DNA of 64,000 nucleotides from Pseudomonadota bacterium (GTDB lineage Bacteria; Pseudomonadota; Gammaproteobacteria; Burkholderiales; Burkholderiaceae_C): NCBI GenBank assembly GCA_040386575.1, contig JAZKFI010000036.1, positions 37,716 to 101,715 of the forward strand, read 5' to 3'. Shown piece by piece: positions 55,125 to 64,000 of this stretch (position 1 is its first letter; each line of letters starts with the position of its first letter). The notes under the pieces were generated by a model. It saw only the letters and a program-made list of their open reading frames with translations, ran no database searches and was not told where the DNA came from. The position numbers and the translations under genes were made by a program.

Positions 55125-56303
55125 ATGCAAGGCCCCACCCGGAAGTTCGACGTCGCCATCATCGGCGGAGGCCTGATGGGATGCAGCGCCGCCCACTTCA
55201 TCAGAACCCTGGCGCCCAATGCAAGCGTGGGGGTGATCGAACCCGACCCGACTTACGAGTTCGCATCCACCCCGCGTGCTTCCGGAGGCTGCCGCGTCCA
55301 GTTCACCTGCCCCGAGAACATCGAGCTCTCGAAGGCGAGCATCGAGTTCATCAAGGCCTTCCCGCAGCACATGGCGATAGCCGATGCGCAACCCGACGTA
55401 GGGTGGATCGAGGGCGGCTACCTGTTCGTCGTTCCACCCGAACACATCGAGGCGCTGGCAGGCAACGTGAAGCTGCAAAACGCACTCGGCTGTGAAGTCA
55501 ACCTGCTCACGCCCCAGGAGCTCAAGGCGAAATTTCCGTCGATGAACGTGGACGATCTTGGCGCAGGCGCGCACTCGCCCCGCGATGGCTGGTGCGACCC
55601 GCACAGCCTGCTGTGGGCCTTCAGGCGAAAGGCGGTATCGCAGGGCGTGGACTTCGTGAAAGGACGAGTTGTAGCAATCGATGTCGATGCCGCGAAGGTC
55701 CGGGCCTTGCGACTGGAAGATGGCTCGCAGATCGTGGCGGATACCTTCATCAATGCAGCGGGCGCATGGTCGGGTCAGGTTGCAGCGATGGCCGGCATGA
55801 ACCTGCCGATCTCGCCGATGAAGCGCTTCGAGCACTACTTCACGCCGGCATCGCCGATGGAGCGGCTGCCCTACGTGAAGGACATGGCGCGGCTGGCCTT
55901 TCGATCCGAGGGAAACGGCTTTTCCGGCGGCCTGGTGGACGGATCGACCGAACGGGGTTTCGACTTCGAGGTGGACCACGACTACTTCGAACGCGTGGTG
56001 TGGCCTGCGGTTGCGCATCGGTTCCCGCCCCTGGAGGCCGCAAAGTGCCATCGCACCTGGGCGGGCCTGTACGAAGAATGCGAGCTCGATGGCAACGCGG
56101 TGATCGGGCGCTGGAACAACGGCCTGGCCAACCTGCTGGTCGTCGCCGGCTTTTCGGGTCACGGAATGATGCATGCGCCAGCCGCGGGCCGCGGCATCGC
56201 CGAGCTGGTCGTGCACGGCTCGTACCAGACCATCGATCTCACGCGACTGGGCTATGAGCGCGTGGAGCAGAACCAGCCCTACCGTGAAACAGGAATCATC
56301 TGA
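55125..56303 (+). CDS. FAD-dependent oxidoreductase (DAO/sarcosine-oxidase-beta-like family)
   Basis: 392 aa with the dinucleotide motif DVAIIGGGLMGCSAA and a C-terminal GFSGHGMMHAPAAG. Confidence 0.8.
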   Translation: MQGPTRKFDVAIIGGGLMGCSAAHFIRTLAPNASVGVIEPDPTYEFASTPRASGGCRVQFTCPENIELSKASIEFIKAFPQHMAIADAQPDVGWIEGGYLFVVPPEHIEALAGNVKLQNALGCEVNLLTPQELKAKFPSMNVDDLGAGAHSPRDGWCDPHSLLWAFRRKAVSQGVDFVKGRVVAIDVDAAKVRALRLEDGSQIVADTFINAAGAWSGQVAAMAGMNLPISPMKRFEHYFTPASPMERLPYVKDMARLAFRSEGNGFSGGLVDGSTERGFDFEVDHDYFERVVWPAVAHRFPPLEAAKCHRTWAGLYEECELDGNAVIGRWNNGLANLLVVAGFSGHGMMHAPAAGRGIAELVVHGSYQTIDLTRLGYERVEQNQPYRETGII

Positions 56304-57670
56304 TGAACACAACGGACAAGAACGCCACCATCGCCGTGATTGGCGCCGGCAGTATCGGCATCGCCGTCGCGTACTACCTCGTCACGCAGCACCAGGCCAC
56401 CAACGTGGTGCTCATCGATCCGCGCGATCCGATGAGCCTCACATCTGCGCAATCGGGCGAGAACTACCGCAACTGGTGGCCGCATCCGGTGATGACGGCG
56501 TTCACCGATCACTCGATCGACCTGATGGAAGCCATCGATCGCGAGTCGGACGGGATGCTCAACATGACGCGCGGCGGCTATGCGCTCGTGACGCGGCGCG
56601 AGCGGCCGCAGGATCTCATCGACGATCTCTATCGCGGCTACGGCGCGGACAGCACGCAAATCCGGATCCGGGAGAGCGCAGCACCAGACTACCAGCCGCC
56701 GCTGCGCGCGCCGTGGCAGTCGGCCCCGGCCGGTGTCGATGTGCTGCTCGATCGCGATCTGATCCGATCGACCTTTCCCTCTTTTGCGCCCGATGTCGGC
56801 GCGGTGATCCACGTGCGCCGGGCGGGTTCCATCAGCGCGCAGCAGCTGGGTCAATACATGCTCACGCGAATCCGCGCGAAAGGTGCGCGCCTGATGCGCG
56901 CCGAGGTGAAGGCGATCACCGGCAGCTCGCCCTTCACGCTGGAACTCGCCACGACCGAAGGCATCGCCCATCTGCAGGCGGACGTGGTCGTCAACGCTGC
57001 CGGGCCATACCTGCAGGACATCGGTGCGATGCTGGGGCAGGACATTCCGGTCAAGCACATCTACCAGCAGAAGATTTCATTCGAGGACCGCGAGCGCGCG
57101 ATCGATCGCAAGATGCCGTTCACCATCGACCTCGACGAGCAGCGCCTGGCATGGAGCGCCGAGGACGCCGCCTTGCTGGCGAGCGATCCGCAGACTCGCC
57201 GGCTGGTCGGCCCCATGCAGGGAAGCATCCATTGCAGGCCCGATGGCCCTGTCGATGGCAACTGGATCAAGCTGGGTTGGGCCTACAACAAGGACGCCTC
57301 CGATCCGCACGGCGACGACCCGCTCGACCCGCATTTCCCGGACACGGTGCTGCGCGGCGCAAGCAACCTGCATCCGAAACTGGCTGCCTACATCGGCCGG
57401 CTGCCGCGCGGCGCGCGCCACTACGGCGGTTACTACACGATGACCGACGAGAACTGGCCGTTGATCGGGAAGATGAAGACGCCAGGAGCCTTCATCGCAG
57501 GTGCGCTGTCCGGTTACGGGTCGATGGCGGCCTGCTCGACAGGTGCGCTGTGCGCGGCCTGGGTGTTCGGGCAGGAAGTGCCGCAGTACGCCATGCAGCT
57601 GACCATGGACCGGTACCAGGACGATGTGTTGAAGGCGGAACTCGCGAAGCTGGGTGGCGGGTGTCTATAG
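56303..57670 (+). CDS. FAD-dependent oxidoreductase (DAO family, longer variant)
   Basis: 455 aa with IAVIGAGSIGIAVAY and a C-terminal GALSGYGSMAA. It has a TGATG overlap with the previous gene. Confidence 0.75.
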   Translation: MNTTDKNATIAVIGAGSIGIAVAYYLVTQHQATNVVLIDPRDPMSLTSAQSGENYRNWWPHPVMTAFTDHSIDLMEAIDRESDGMLNMTRGGYALVTRRERPQDLIDDLYRGYGADSTQIRIRESAAPDYQPPLRAPWQSAPAGVDVLLDRDLIRSTFPSFAPDVGAVIHVRRAGSISAQQLGQYMLTRIRAKGARLMRAEVKAITGSSPFTLELATTEGIAHLQADVVVNAAGPYLQDIGAMLGQDIPVKHIYQQKISFEDRERAIDRKMPFTIDLDEQRLAWSAEDAALLASDPQTRRLVGPMQGSIHCRPDGPVDGNWIKLGWAYNKDASDPHGDDPLDPHFPDTVLRGASNLHPKLAAYIGRLPRGARHYGGYYTMTDENWPLIGKMKTPGAFIAGALSGYGSMAACSTGALCAAWVFGQEVPQYAMQLTMDRYQDDVLKAELAKLGGGCL

Positions 57671-57676
57671 TGCCGC

Positions 57677-59491
57677 ATGAAAATCAGTTTGCGCGTGTTT
57701 CACGGACCCAGCGTCCATGCGCCGTTTGCGGCAGTGATTGCGCAATTCACCAGCCCCTTTGCGCATCCACTGGCGCCTTCGGTTGTCGAATCGCAGTGGC
57801 GGCTGGTCAGCGACAAGCCTTTGTGGGAAAGCTCCGCACAGCCAGATAGCGTCTCGTTTGAGCGTCTGGCTTGCCTGCTGGCCGTCAATCTCCAGCATCC
57901 GGATGAGCCAGAGGACGCGATTGTTCGCATCGAGGCGGCAACCACGGCCCGGCCCAGTTCAATCGCTCTGGGTTTTGCGGATCCCGGGGCGAGCTCCCTG
58001 GTCTTGCAGACCGCCATCGATCTGGCCGAAAAGATATTTCTGGGTGCGGCTGGCGATACGGACAGCCTGAAACGGCTGGCGCCCCGCCTGAGGCAGGTGC
58101 AGGTCGGGCTCCAGCTGGCACTCCCACACGCGCCGGTGGCTCGCACGCTGGCTCGTGTGGCGCGCCGGCGCGCGATTCCCGTGTATCCGGTGGCCGAAAA
58201 TTCGCGCATCTGGCTCTTCGGACAAGGTGCGGCCGGCGCGCACTTCTTCTCCGCAGCGGGTGAGTCTGATTCCCTGACCGGCACCATGCTGGCGAAAGAC
58301 AAGCTCTTGTCCAACCGGCTCGTGCGGCGGCTTGGATTTCCGGGTGTGACGCACACGGTTGCGTCGAGCGAGGTACAGGCGGTTGCAGCGGCGCGGCGGC
58401 TGGGCTACCCCGTTGTCCTCAAACCGATTTCCAGTGGAAAAGGCAAAGGCGTTTCTGCGTATGTGATGGACGACGCGCAAGCCGGTGCGGCGTTCGCCAA
58501 CGCAGCAGCCTTGTCCCGGCAGGGCGTCATCGTCGAGCGACATGTTGCTGGCGACGACCATCGGCTGGCCGTGTTTGGCGGCAAGCTGGCCTGGGTGGCA
58601 GCTCGCTATCCAGCCAGTGTCACCGGCGACGGCCTGCGTACAGTCGCCCAACTCATGGAGGCGGAGAACCAGCGGCGCCGGCGAGACCCCGCCGCTGCGG
58701 ATGATGGGCTGCGACCGCTGGACGCGGACGCCGACGTGATCGTGCACCTGCGCAAGCAGGGCATCTCCCTGGATAGTCTGCCTCCCGCAGGCACGGTGGT
58801 CAGGTTGCGCAGCGTCGCCAACATCGCGAAAGGCGGCTCGATTGCAGACGTCACTCACCTGGCGCATCCGGACAACATCAAAATGGCCGAGGCCATCGCC
58901 CGGAGTTTCCGCATGGATGCGCTGGGAATCGATTTCATGACCCCGGACATCAGCCGCTCGTGGCGAGAGGTGCCGTGCGCGGTGATTGAAGTAAACGGTA
59001 CGCCGGGCATCTTCTACGACTCCCGCGCGGAGAAAATCCTGCTGGCCCGGTTTCCCGCAGGCTCCGAAGGACGCATTCCAAGCGTGCTGCTGATTGATGC
59101 GCCTGCCGGAGTAGCGCATCGCGTTTGCGCCCTGCTCGCCGCAAAGGGCCTGGCCGTGGGGCAGACAAGCGGCGATGACACGTGGCTTGCCGGGCACAAG
59201 CGCTGCCAACCCGGCGATGACTTGCCGGCGCGGGTCATGGCGCTCATCTCGGACCCTGGCTGCGAGGCGCTGGTGATAGAGGCCAGCGCCGCCTCGCTGC
59301 TCGAGGCCGGCCTGCCGCTGGATAAATTCGACCTTGTGTTGGGATTTCAGGCGTGGTCGCCGCAACTGCGCTCGCTCGTGCAATCGTGCAGCGCGAAGTT
59401 CGCCGACGCCATCGCGCCCGGGGCCGATATGGGACCGCTCATAGAAGCGGTCCTGGCGCGCTATGGTCATGCGGTCCGGGGCCCTGGATAG
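57677..59491 (+). CDS. Cyanophycin-synthetase-like ATP-grasp protein with a vestigial, P-loop-less Mur-ligase-type region (CphA2-like architecture)
   Basis: 604 aa. The central ATP-grasp region (GYPVVLKPISSGKGKGV...VIVERHVAGDDHRLAVFGGKLAWVAARYPASVTGDG...RSVANIAKGGSIADVT...GIDFMTPDISRSWREV..AVIEVNGTPG) is colinear with the CphA G domain. The C-terminal 140 aa begins GRIPSVLLIDAPAGVA where CphA1 has GRIP..SVTGTNGKTT. Confidence 0.65.
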   Translation: MKISLRVFHGPSVHAPFAAVIAQFTSPFAHPLAPSVVESQWRLVSDKPLWESSAQPDSVSFERLACLLAVNLQHPDEPEDAIVRIEAATTARPSSIALGFADPGASSLVLQTAIDLAEKIFLGAAGDTDSLKRLAPRLRQVQVGLQLALPHAPVARTLARVARRRAIPVYPVAENSRIWLFGQGAAGAHFFSAAGESDSLTGTMLAKDKLLSNRLVRRLGFPGVTHTVASSEVQAVAAARRLGYPVVLKPISSGKGKGVSAYVMDDAQAGAAFANAAALSRQGVIVERHVAGDDHRLAVFGGKLAWVAARYPASVTGDGLRTVAQLMEAENQRRRRDPAAADDGLRPLDADADVIVHLRKQGISLDSLPPAGTVVRLRSVANIAKGGSIADVTHLAHPDNIKMAEAIARSFRMDALGIDFMTPDISRSWREVPCAVIEVNGTPGIFYDSRAEKILLARFPAGSEGRIPSVLLIDAPAGVAHRVCALLAAKGLAVGQTSGDDTWLAGHKRCQPGDDLPARVMALISDPGCEALVIEASAASLLEAGLPLDKFDLVLGFQAWSPQLRSLVQSCSAKFADAIAPGADMGPLIEAVLARYGHAVRGPG

Positions 59492-59541
59492 GGGATTCTC
59501 CAGATTCAATTGCGGTATGTGGCTCGCGCGGGAGCCAAAGG

Positions 59542-59570
59542 AAAAGGCCCGGAAATTTCCGGGCCTTTTT
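59542..59570. terminator. Bidirectional rho-independent terminator between the cphA-like gene and ssrA
   Basis: AAAA-GGCCCGGAAATTTCCGGGCC-TTTTT is a perfect 20-nt palindrome flanked by A and T tracts. Confidence 0.8.
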
Positions 59571-59573
59571 GTA

Positions 59574-59959
59574 TGGTGGAGCTGGCGGGAATTGAACCCG
59601 CGTCCGCAAGCCTTCTTCGTACAGTTCTACATGTGTAGTCGTCTGATCAAGTCTCGCCTCCTGTACGGCGCAGCGACACGCAATACAGAACGCCAGTTAC
59701 CTATTTTCTCGTCCCCCACCAAGTAACCCGGCGAGAGACCAGCCTCTGAAGTTATCTTTGCAGCCGGGAGCTTTCAGCTTGCGCTAAAAACCCCTTGCCC
59801 AGCCCAGAGGCCTGCTGTTGCAAAGCTCACCGGCAATTAAGCGGCGAGTGCGAAACGTTCGTCGTTTGCAGTTAGTTTGTTTGAATCTGATTTACGAGCA
59901 CATTCAGCTCGACATGCCCTGCCACGCGTCCGAACCCACGTCGAAACCGGTGCAGCCCC
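59574..59959 (-). ncRNA. ssrA: tmRNA (SsrA), 386 nt, tag peptide ANDERFALAA
   Basis: On the minus strand the 5' end is GGGGCTGCACCGGTTTCGACGTGGGTTCG and the 3' end is GCGGGTTCAATTCCCGCCAGCTCCACCA. The tag reading frame GCAAACGACGAACGTTTCGCACTCGCCGCTTAA lies at 59837-59869. Confidence 0.95.
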
Positions 59960-59986
59960 AAGCCTTCTATTTTACGCCTCGCTCGC

Positions 59987-60646
59987 CTATTTCAAGAGGG
60001 AGAGCAGCTCCAGAGGCGTTTTTATATGAGCGCTGGCGCCCCAGGCCTGCGTGTCGCAGGCACTGCCGAGGTAGCCGTAAGTTGCCGCGACGGTTCCCAT
60101 GCTCGCCGCCCTGCCCGCCGCCACGTCACGCTCGTCATCGCCAACGTAGATGCACTGGATCGGCTTGATGCTGAGCAGCCGGGCGGCTTCGAACAACGGC
60201 GCCGGATGGGGCTTTGCATAGGGCGTGGTGTCGCCGCCCACCACAGCCTTGGCCGTCGCGAACAGATTCATGCCCTTGGTCAGCGGCCCGGCAAATCGCA
60301 TCGACTTGTTGGTGACCACCCCCCATGTCAGTCCCCGCCCGAGCAACTGGTCGATCAATTCAGGCACACCTTCAAAAATCGACGTGCGCTGGGTCATGCA
60401 GCTCTCGTAATTCTTGAAGAATTCCTCGCGCATGACCGGGTAGTCCGGATGATCGGTGCCCATGCCAAAGGCGATGCCAAGCATGCCACGCGCGCCTGCG
60501 CCGGCCATGGGACGATAGCGCTCGAACGGCAGTGGCTCCATCCCGCGGTCCACGCGCATCTTGTCTGCGGCAGCACCCAGATCGGGGGCACTATCGATCA
60601 GTGTGCCGTCCAGGTCGAACAGCACTGCCCTTACATCACTGAACAT
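59987..60646 (-). CDS. gph: Phosphoglycolate phosphatase (HAD superfamily)
   Basis: 219 aa from [23 protein letters not shown] (HAD motif I) with VTNK and YVGDDERD motifs. It lies immediately downstream of ubiG, as in many Burkholderiales. Confidence 0.8.
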   Translation of the reverse strand: MFSDVRAVLFDLDGTLIDSAPDLGAAADKMRVDRGMEPLPFERYRPMAGAGARGMLGIAFGMGTDHPDYPVMREEFFKNYESCMTQRTSIFEGVPELIDQLLGRGLTWGVVTNKSMRFAGPLTKGMNLFATAKAVVGGDTTPYAKPHPAPLFEAARLLSIKPIQCIYVGDDERDVAAGRAASMGTVAATYGYLGSACDTQAWGASAHIKTPLELLSLLK

Positions 60647-61356
60647 CACGGCTTTCGGGTGGCGAGAAGGTAATTGACACCGGTATTGGCCGACAGCCAG
60701 TACCGCCGCGTCAACGGGTTGTATTCCATGCCGCGGGTGTGCACGAGGTCCAGCCCGCTTGCACGGCAATGCGATGCGAGCTCGCTGGGCTTGATGAATT
60801 TGAGGTATTCATGCGTGCCGCGCGGCAGGAGGTTCAGCATGTACTCGGCGCCGACGATCGCGAACATGAATGACTTCGCGTTCCGGTTGATGGTTGAAAA
60901 GAACACCCACCCTCCAGGTTTGACCAATGCGCTGCACGCACGCACGACTGACGACGGGTCGGGGACATGCTCCAGCATCTCCATGCATGTGACGACGTCA
61001 AACGATGCGGGCTGCTCCTGCGCCAATGACTCGACGCTGATCTCACGGTACTGCACGTCAGGGGTCGCAGCTTCAAGCGCGTGCAACTGGGCGACCTTGA
61101 GGGCCTTGGCCGCCAGATCGATCCCCAGCACTTGCGCCCCCTTGCGAGCCATGGCATCCGCAAGAATTCCGCCGCCGCACCCCACGTCGAGTACCCGCTT
61201 GCCCTTGAGCGGGGCATGGGACTGGATCCAGTCCAGCCGCACCGGGTTGATCTGGTGGAGCGGCCGGAACTCGCTTTCGGTGTCCCACCAACGATGGGCC
61301 AGGTCAGAAAACTTGGCTAGTTCGGCGGGGTCGGCGTTTACAGCGGTCTCGGTCAT
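60646..61356 (-). CDS. ubiG: Ubiquinone biosynthesis O-methyltransferase UbiG
   Basis: 236 aa from [25 protein letters not shown] with the SAM motif [12 protein letters not shown]. Confidence 0.9.
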   Translation of the reverse strand: MTETAVNADPAELAKFSDLAHRWWDTESEFRPLHQINPVRLDWIQSHAPLKGKRVLDVGCGGGILADAMARKGAQVLGIDLAAKALKVAQLHALEAATPDVQYREISVESLAQEQPASFDVVTCMEMLEHVPDPSSVVRACSALVKPGGWVFFSTINRNAKSFMFAIVGAEYMLNLLPRGTHEYLKFIKPSELASHCRASGLDLVHTRGMEYNPLTRRYWLSANTGVNYLLATRKP

Positions 61357-61372
61357 GGACGCGATTGTCCCA

Positions 61373-61434
61373 AAGAAAAAGCCCCGCAAGCGGGGCGATT
61401 GGTGACAGAAAGAGAAAAGCCCCGCAAGCGGGGC
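61373..61434 (-). terminator. Two tandem copies of a rho-independent terminator downstream of the ompA-family gene
   Basis: The GCCCCGCAAGCGGGGC hairpin occurs twice (61381-61396 and 61419-61434). On the minus strand each is followed by a T-rich tract. Confidence 0.7.
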
Positions 61435-61457
61435 TCTTCTCAAGGAGGCTGGGCCTC

Positions 61458-62138
61458 TTAGCGATTGGCGCGGGTGCCGACCACTTCGATTTCCACGCGG
61501 CGATTCTTCGCGCGGCCTTCGCTGGTCTTGTTGTCCGCGACAGGCTGCTTCTCGCCCTTGCCTTCGGTGTACACGCGGTTCTTCTCGATGCCCTTGGACA
61601 CGAGGTAAGCCTTGACGGACTCAGCGCGACGAACCGACAGCGACTGGTTGTAAGCATCGGAGCCGACGGAGTCGGTGTGACCCACGGCGATGATGACTTC
61701 CAGGTTGATGCCCTGAATCTTGCCGACCAGGTCGTCAAGCTTGGCCTTGCCTTCAGGCTTGAGCACAGACTTGTCGAAGTCGAAGAAGGCATCAGCAGCG
61801 TAGGTCACCTTGGTCGCGGCAACTGCAGGAGGTGCGGGCCGTGGTGCCGGAGCAGGAGGTGCGGGACGCACAACCGGGGGAGCAGCGACTGGAGCGGGTG
61901 CCGGAGCAGCCACGACCAGAGCGCCATCGCAACCGCGAGCGGCCGTAGCCGGGGTCCAGAAAGCATCGCGCCAGCAGTATTCGCCGGTGCCGTTTCTCCA
62001 GACCAGCTCGCCGGAACCGTTTTGCCAGTTGTCGATACGGTTGCCGCCGTCGGCCGCAGTCACGCGAGTTTGCGCGCCAGCAGCGCCAGCCAGCGCAGCA
62101 ACGGCAAACATCAGCGCCACTTTATTCAGTTTCTTCAT
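61458..62138 (-). CDS. OmpA-family peptidoglycan-associated outer-membrane protein
   Basis: 226 aa from [22 protein letters not shown] (signal peptide). It has a Pro/Ala-rich linker and the OmpA C-like domain ([12 protein letters not shown]...[23 protein letters not shown]). Confidence 0.85.
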   Translation of the reverse strand: MKKLNKVALMFAVAALAGAAGAQTRVTAADGGNRIDNWQNGSGELVWRNGTGEYCWRDAFWTPATAARGCDGALVVAAPAPAPVAAPPVVRPAPPAPAPRPAPPAVAATKVTYAADAFFDFDKSVLKPEGKAKLDDLVGKIQGINLEVIIAVGHTDSVGSDAYNQSLSVRRAESVKAYLVSKGIEKNRVYTEGKGEKQPVADNKTSEGRAKNRRVEIEVVGTRANR

Positions 62139-62382
62139 GGTTCTCCTCTTGGGGAAAAAGCCGCAGCCGCGCTGCGTGAACACTACGATTAAGGTGACCA
62201 TCACCAAAAGCGTCAAACTTATTGTGCCACACGTCCTTACACAATCAACGCTGGCCGTGGTTGGGTTGGGCAGGACGAAACCTGATTACCCCTCGAATGT
62301 TGCGAGTTAGCTACATGCCGGGGTTCACCGTAAAATCATTGGCTTCGCGCCCACGCGTCCTCTTCGCAAAAGTCCCCTTCGC

Positions 62383-64000
62383 ATGACCCAATTCGCCAAA
62401 GAAACCCTGCCCGTCAGCCTCGAAGAGGAAATGCGGCGCAGTTACCTCGACTACGCGATGAGCGTGATCGTGGGCCGTGCCCTGCCGGACGCACGCGACG
62501 GACTCAAGCCCGTGCACCGCCGGGTCCTGTTCGCGATGCACGAACTCAACAACGACTGGAACCGGCCTTACAAGAAGTCCGCGCGTATCGTTGGTGACGT
62601 CATCGGTAAGTACCATCCGCACGGTGACCAGTCGGTGTACGACACCATCGTTCGCCTGGCGCAGGACTTCTCGATGCGCCACATGCTGGTGGACGGCCAG
62701 GGCAACTTCGGCTCGGTGGACGGCGACAACGCTGCGGCCATGCGTTACACCGAAATCCGCCTTTCCAAGATCGCGCACGAGATGCTGGCCGACATCGACA
62801 AGGAGACCGTCGATTTCGGTCCCAACTACGACGGCAGCGAAAAAGAGCCCCTCGTCCTCCCCAGCAAGCTCCCCAACCTGCTCGTCAATGGTTCGGGCGG
62901 CATCGCCGTGGGCATGGCCACCAACATTCCGCCGCACAACCTCAACGAAGTAGTCGATGCGTGCCTGCACATGCTGCGCAACCCGGAGGCGACCATCGAT
63001 GAGTTGATGGAAATCGTGCCAGGCCCCGACTTCCCCACGGCCGGCATCATTTATGGCATCAACGGCGTGAAGGACGGCTATCGCACGGGACGCGGCAAGG
63101 TGGTGATGCGGGCCAAGTGCCACTTCGAGGACATCGACCGCGGACAGCGGCAGGCCATCATCGTTGACGAGCTTCCCTACCAGGTTAACAAGAAGACCCT
63201 GCAGGAGCGCATGGCCGAGCTGGTCAACGAAAAGAAGATCGAAGGCATCAGCCACATCCAGGACGAGAGCGACAAGTCCGGCATGCGGCTCGTCATCGAA
63301 CTCAAGCGCGGCGAAGTACCCGAGGTGGTGCTCAACAACCTGTACAAGCAGACCCAGCTGCAGGACACGTTTGGCATCAACATGGTGGCGCTGATCGACG
63401 GCCAGCCGCGCCTGTGCAATCTGAAAGACCTGATCAAGGTTTTCCTTGAGCATCGCCGCGAAGTGGTGACGCGTCGCACGGTCTTCACGTTGCGCAAGTC
63501 GCGCGAACGCGGGCATGTGCTCGAAGGCCTGGCCGTTGCTCTGGCCAACATCGATGAATTCATTGCGATCATCCGCAACGCCCCGACGCCACCTGTGGCC
63601 AAGGCCGAGTTGATGGCCCGTTCCTGGGACAGCCAGCTGGTGCGCGAGATGCTGACCCGCACGCGCGAGGATGGCGGTGTGATCAACGCCGACGACTACC
63701 GCCCCGACGGCCTGGACCGGGAATTCGGCATGCAGGATGGCGGGCTGTACCGCCTGTCTGATACGCAGGCCCAGGAAATCCTGCAGATGCGCCTGCAGCG
63801 CCTGACGGGTCTCGAGCAGGACAAGATCGTCGCCGAGTACAAGGAAGTGATGGCCGAGATCGAGGACCTGCTCGACATCCTGGCAAAGCCCGCGCGCGTA
63901 TCGACCATCATCAGCGACGAACTCACAGCCATCCGCAACGAATTCGGCCAAACCAAGCTGGGCGCCCGCCGCAGCGTGATCGAGCACAACGCCCAGGACC
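62383..64000 (+). CDS. gyrA: DNA gyrase subunit A, N-terminal ~539 codons (gene runs off the right edge of the window)
   Basis: The translation [56 protein letters not shown]...AAMRYTE includes the active-site Tyr region. There is no stop codon in the window, so it is absent from the ORF track. Confidence 0.95.
   Translation, partial: MTQFAKETLPVSLEEEMRRSYLDYAMSVIVGRALPDARDGLKPVHRRVLFAMHELNNDWNRPYKKSARIVGDVIGKYHPHGDQSVYDTIVRLAQDFSMRHMLVDGQGNFGSVDGDNAAAMRYTEIRLSKIAHEMLADIDKETVDFGPNYDGSEKEPLVLPSKLPNLLVNGSGGIAVGMATNIPPHNLNEVVDACLHMLRNPEATIDELMEIVPGPDFPTAGIIYGINGVKDGYRTGRGKVVMRAKCHFEDIDRGQRQAIIVDELPYQVNKKTLQERMAELVNEKKIEGISHIQDESDKSGMRLVIELKRGEVPEVVLNNLYKQTQLQDTFGINMVALIDGQPRLCNLKDLIKVFLEHRREVVTRRTVFTLRKSRERGHVLEGLAVALANIDEFIAIIRNAPTPPVAKAELMARSWDSQLVREMLTRTREDGGVINADDYRPDGLDREFGMQDGGLYRLSDTQAQEILQMRLQRLTGLEQDKIVAEYKEVMAEIEDLLDILAKPARVSTIISDELTAIRNEFGQTKLGARRSVIEHNAQD

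Noticed and set aside
59492-59573. Genomic island or prophage integrated at ssrA
   Set aside because: I saw no integrase, phage genes or duplicated ssrA 3' segment in the window. The idea is retained only as a low-interest check.
62311-63987. 558-aa minus-strand ORF
   Set aside because: It lies antisense to gyrA, whose translation is unmistakable. gyrA is missing from the track only because it has no stop codon in the window.

Overview
High-GC (~65-70%) betaproteobacterial chromosome segment. The conserved block gyrA / ompA-family / ubiG / gph / ssrA, the tmRNA tag ANDERFALAA and six Bug/TctC-type binding-protein genes point to Comamonadaceae, possibly Variovorax (inference). The window holds four kinds of content. 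(1) Housekeeping genes at both edges: glnA with a sigma54/NtrC control region, rsuA, yecA-like, ubiG, gph, ssrA, gyrA. (2) A 1241-aa Calx-beta repeat protein gene built on a 690-bp DNA periodicity. (3) A small decayed type III/flagellar export-gate locus (fliQ/sctS, fliR/sctT, flhB/sctU). It includes an ORF that fuses an FlhA/SctV N-terminus to a FliP/SctR C-terminus, followed by a FliA-like sigma factor and a TPR protein. A CesT-like chaperone gene and a 592-aa membrane-protein gene lie next to it as a candidate chaperone-effector pair. (4) Two long co-directional catabolic arrays. One is a ~17-kb, 15-gene minus-strand CoA-thioester cluster and the other is a ~15-kb plus-strand oxidoreductase array. 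The second array carries an IS5-family insertion with a TTAG target duplication in an Ldh2-family gene. It ends with two FAD oxidoreductases and a truncated cyanophycin-synthetase-like (CphA2-like) ATP-grasp protein. I saw no rRNA genes, tRNA genes, CRISPR arrays or prophage. Many long ORFs in the six-frame track are antisense shadows typical of high-GC DNA. All functional calls come from reading the translations from memory, without a database search.
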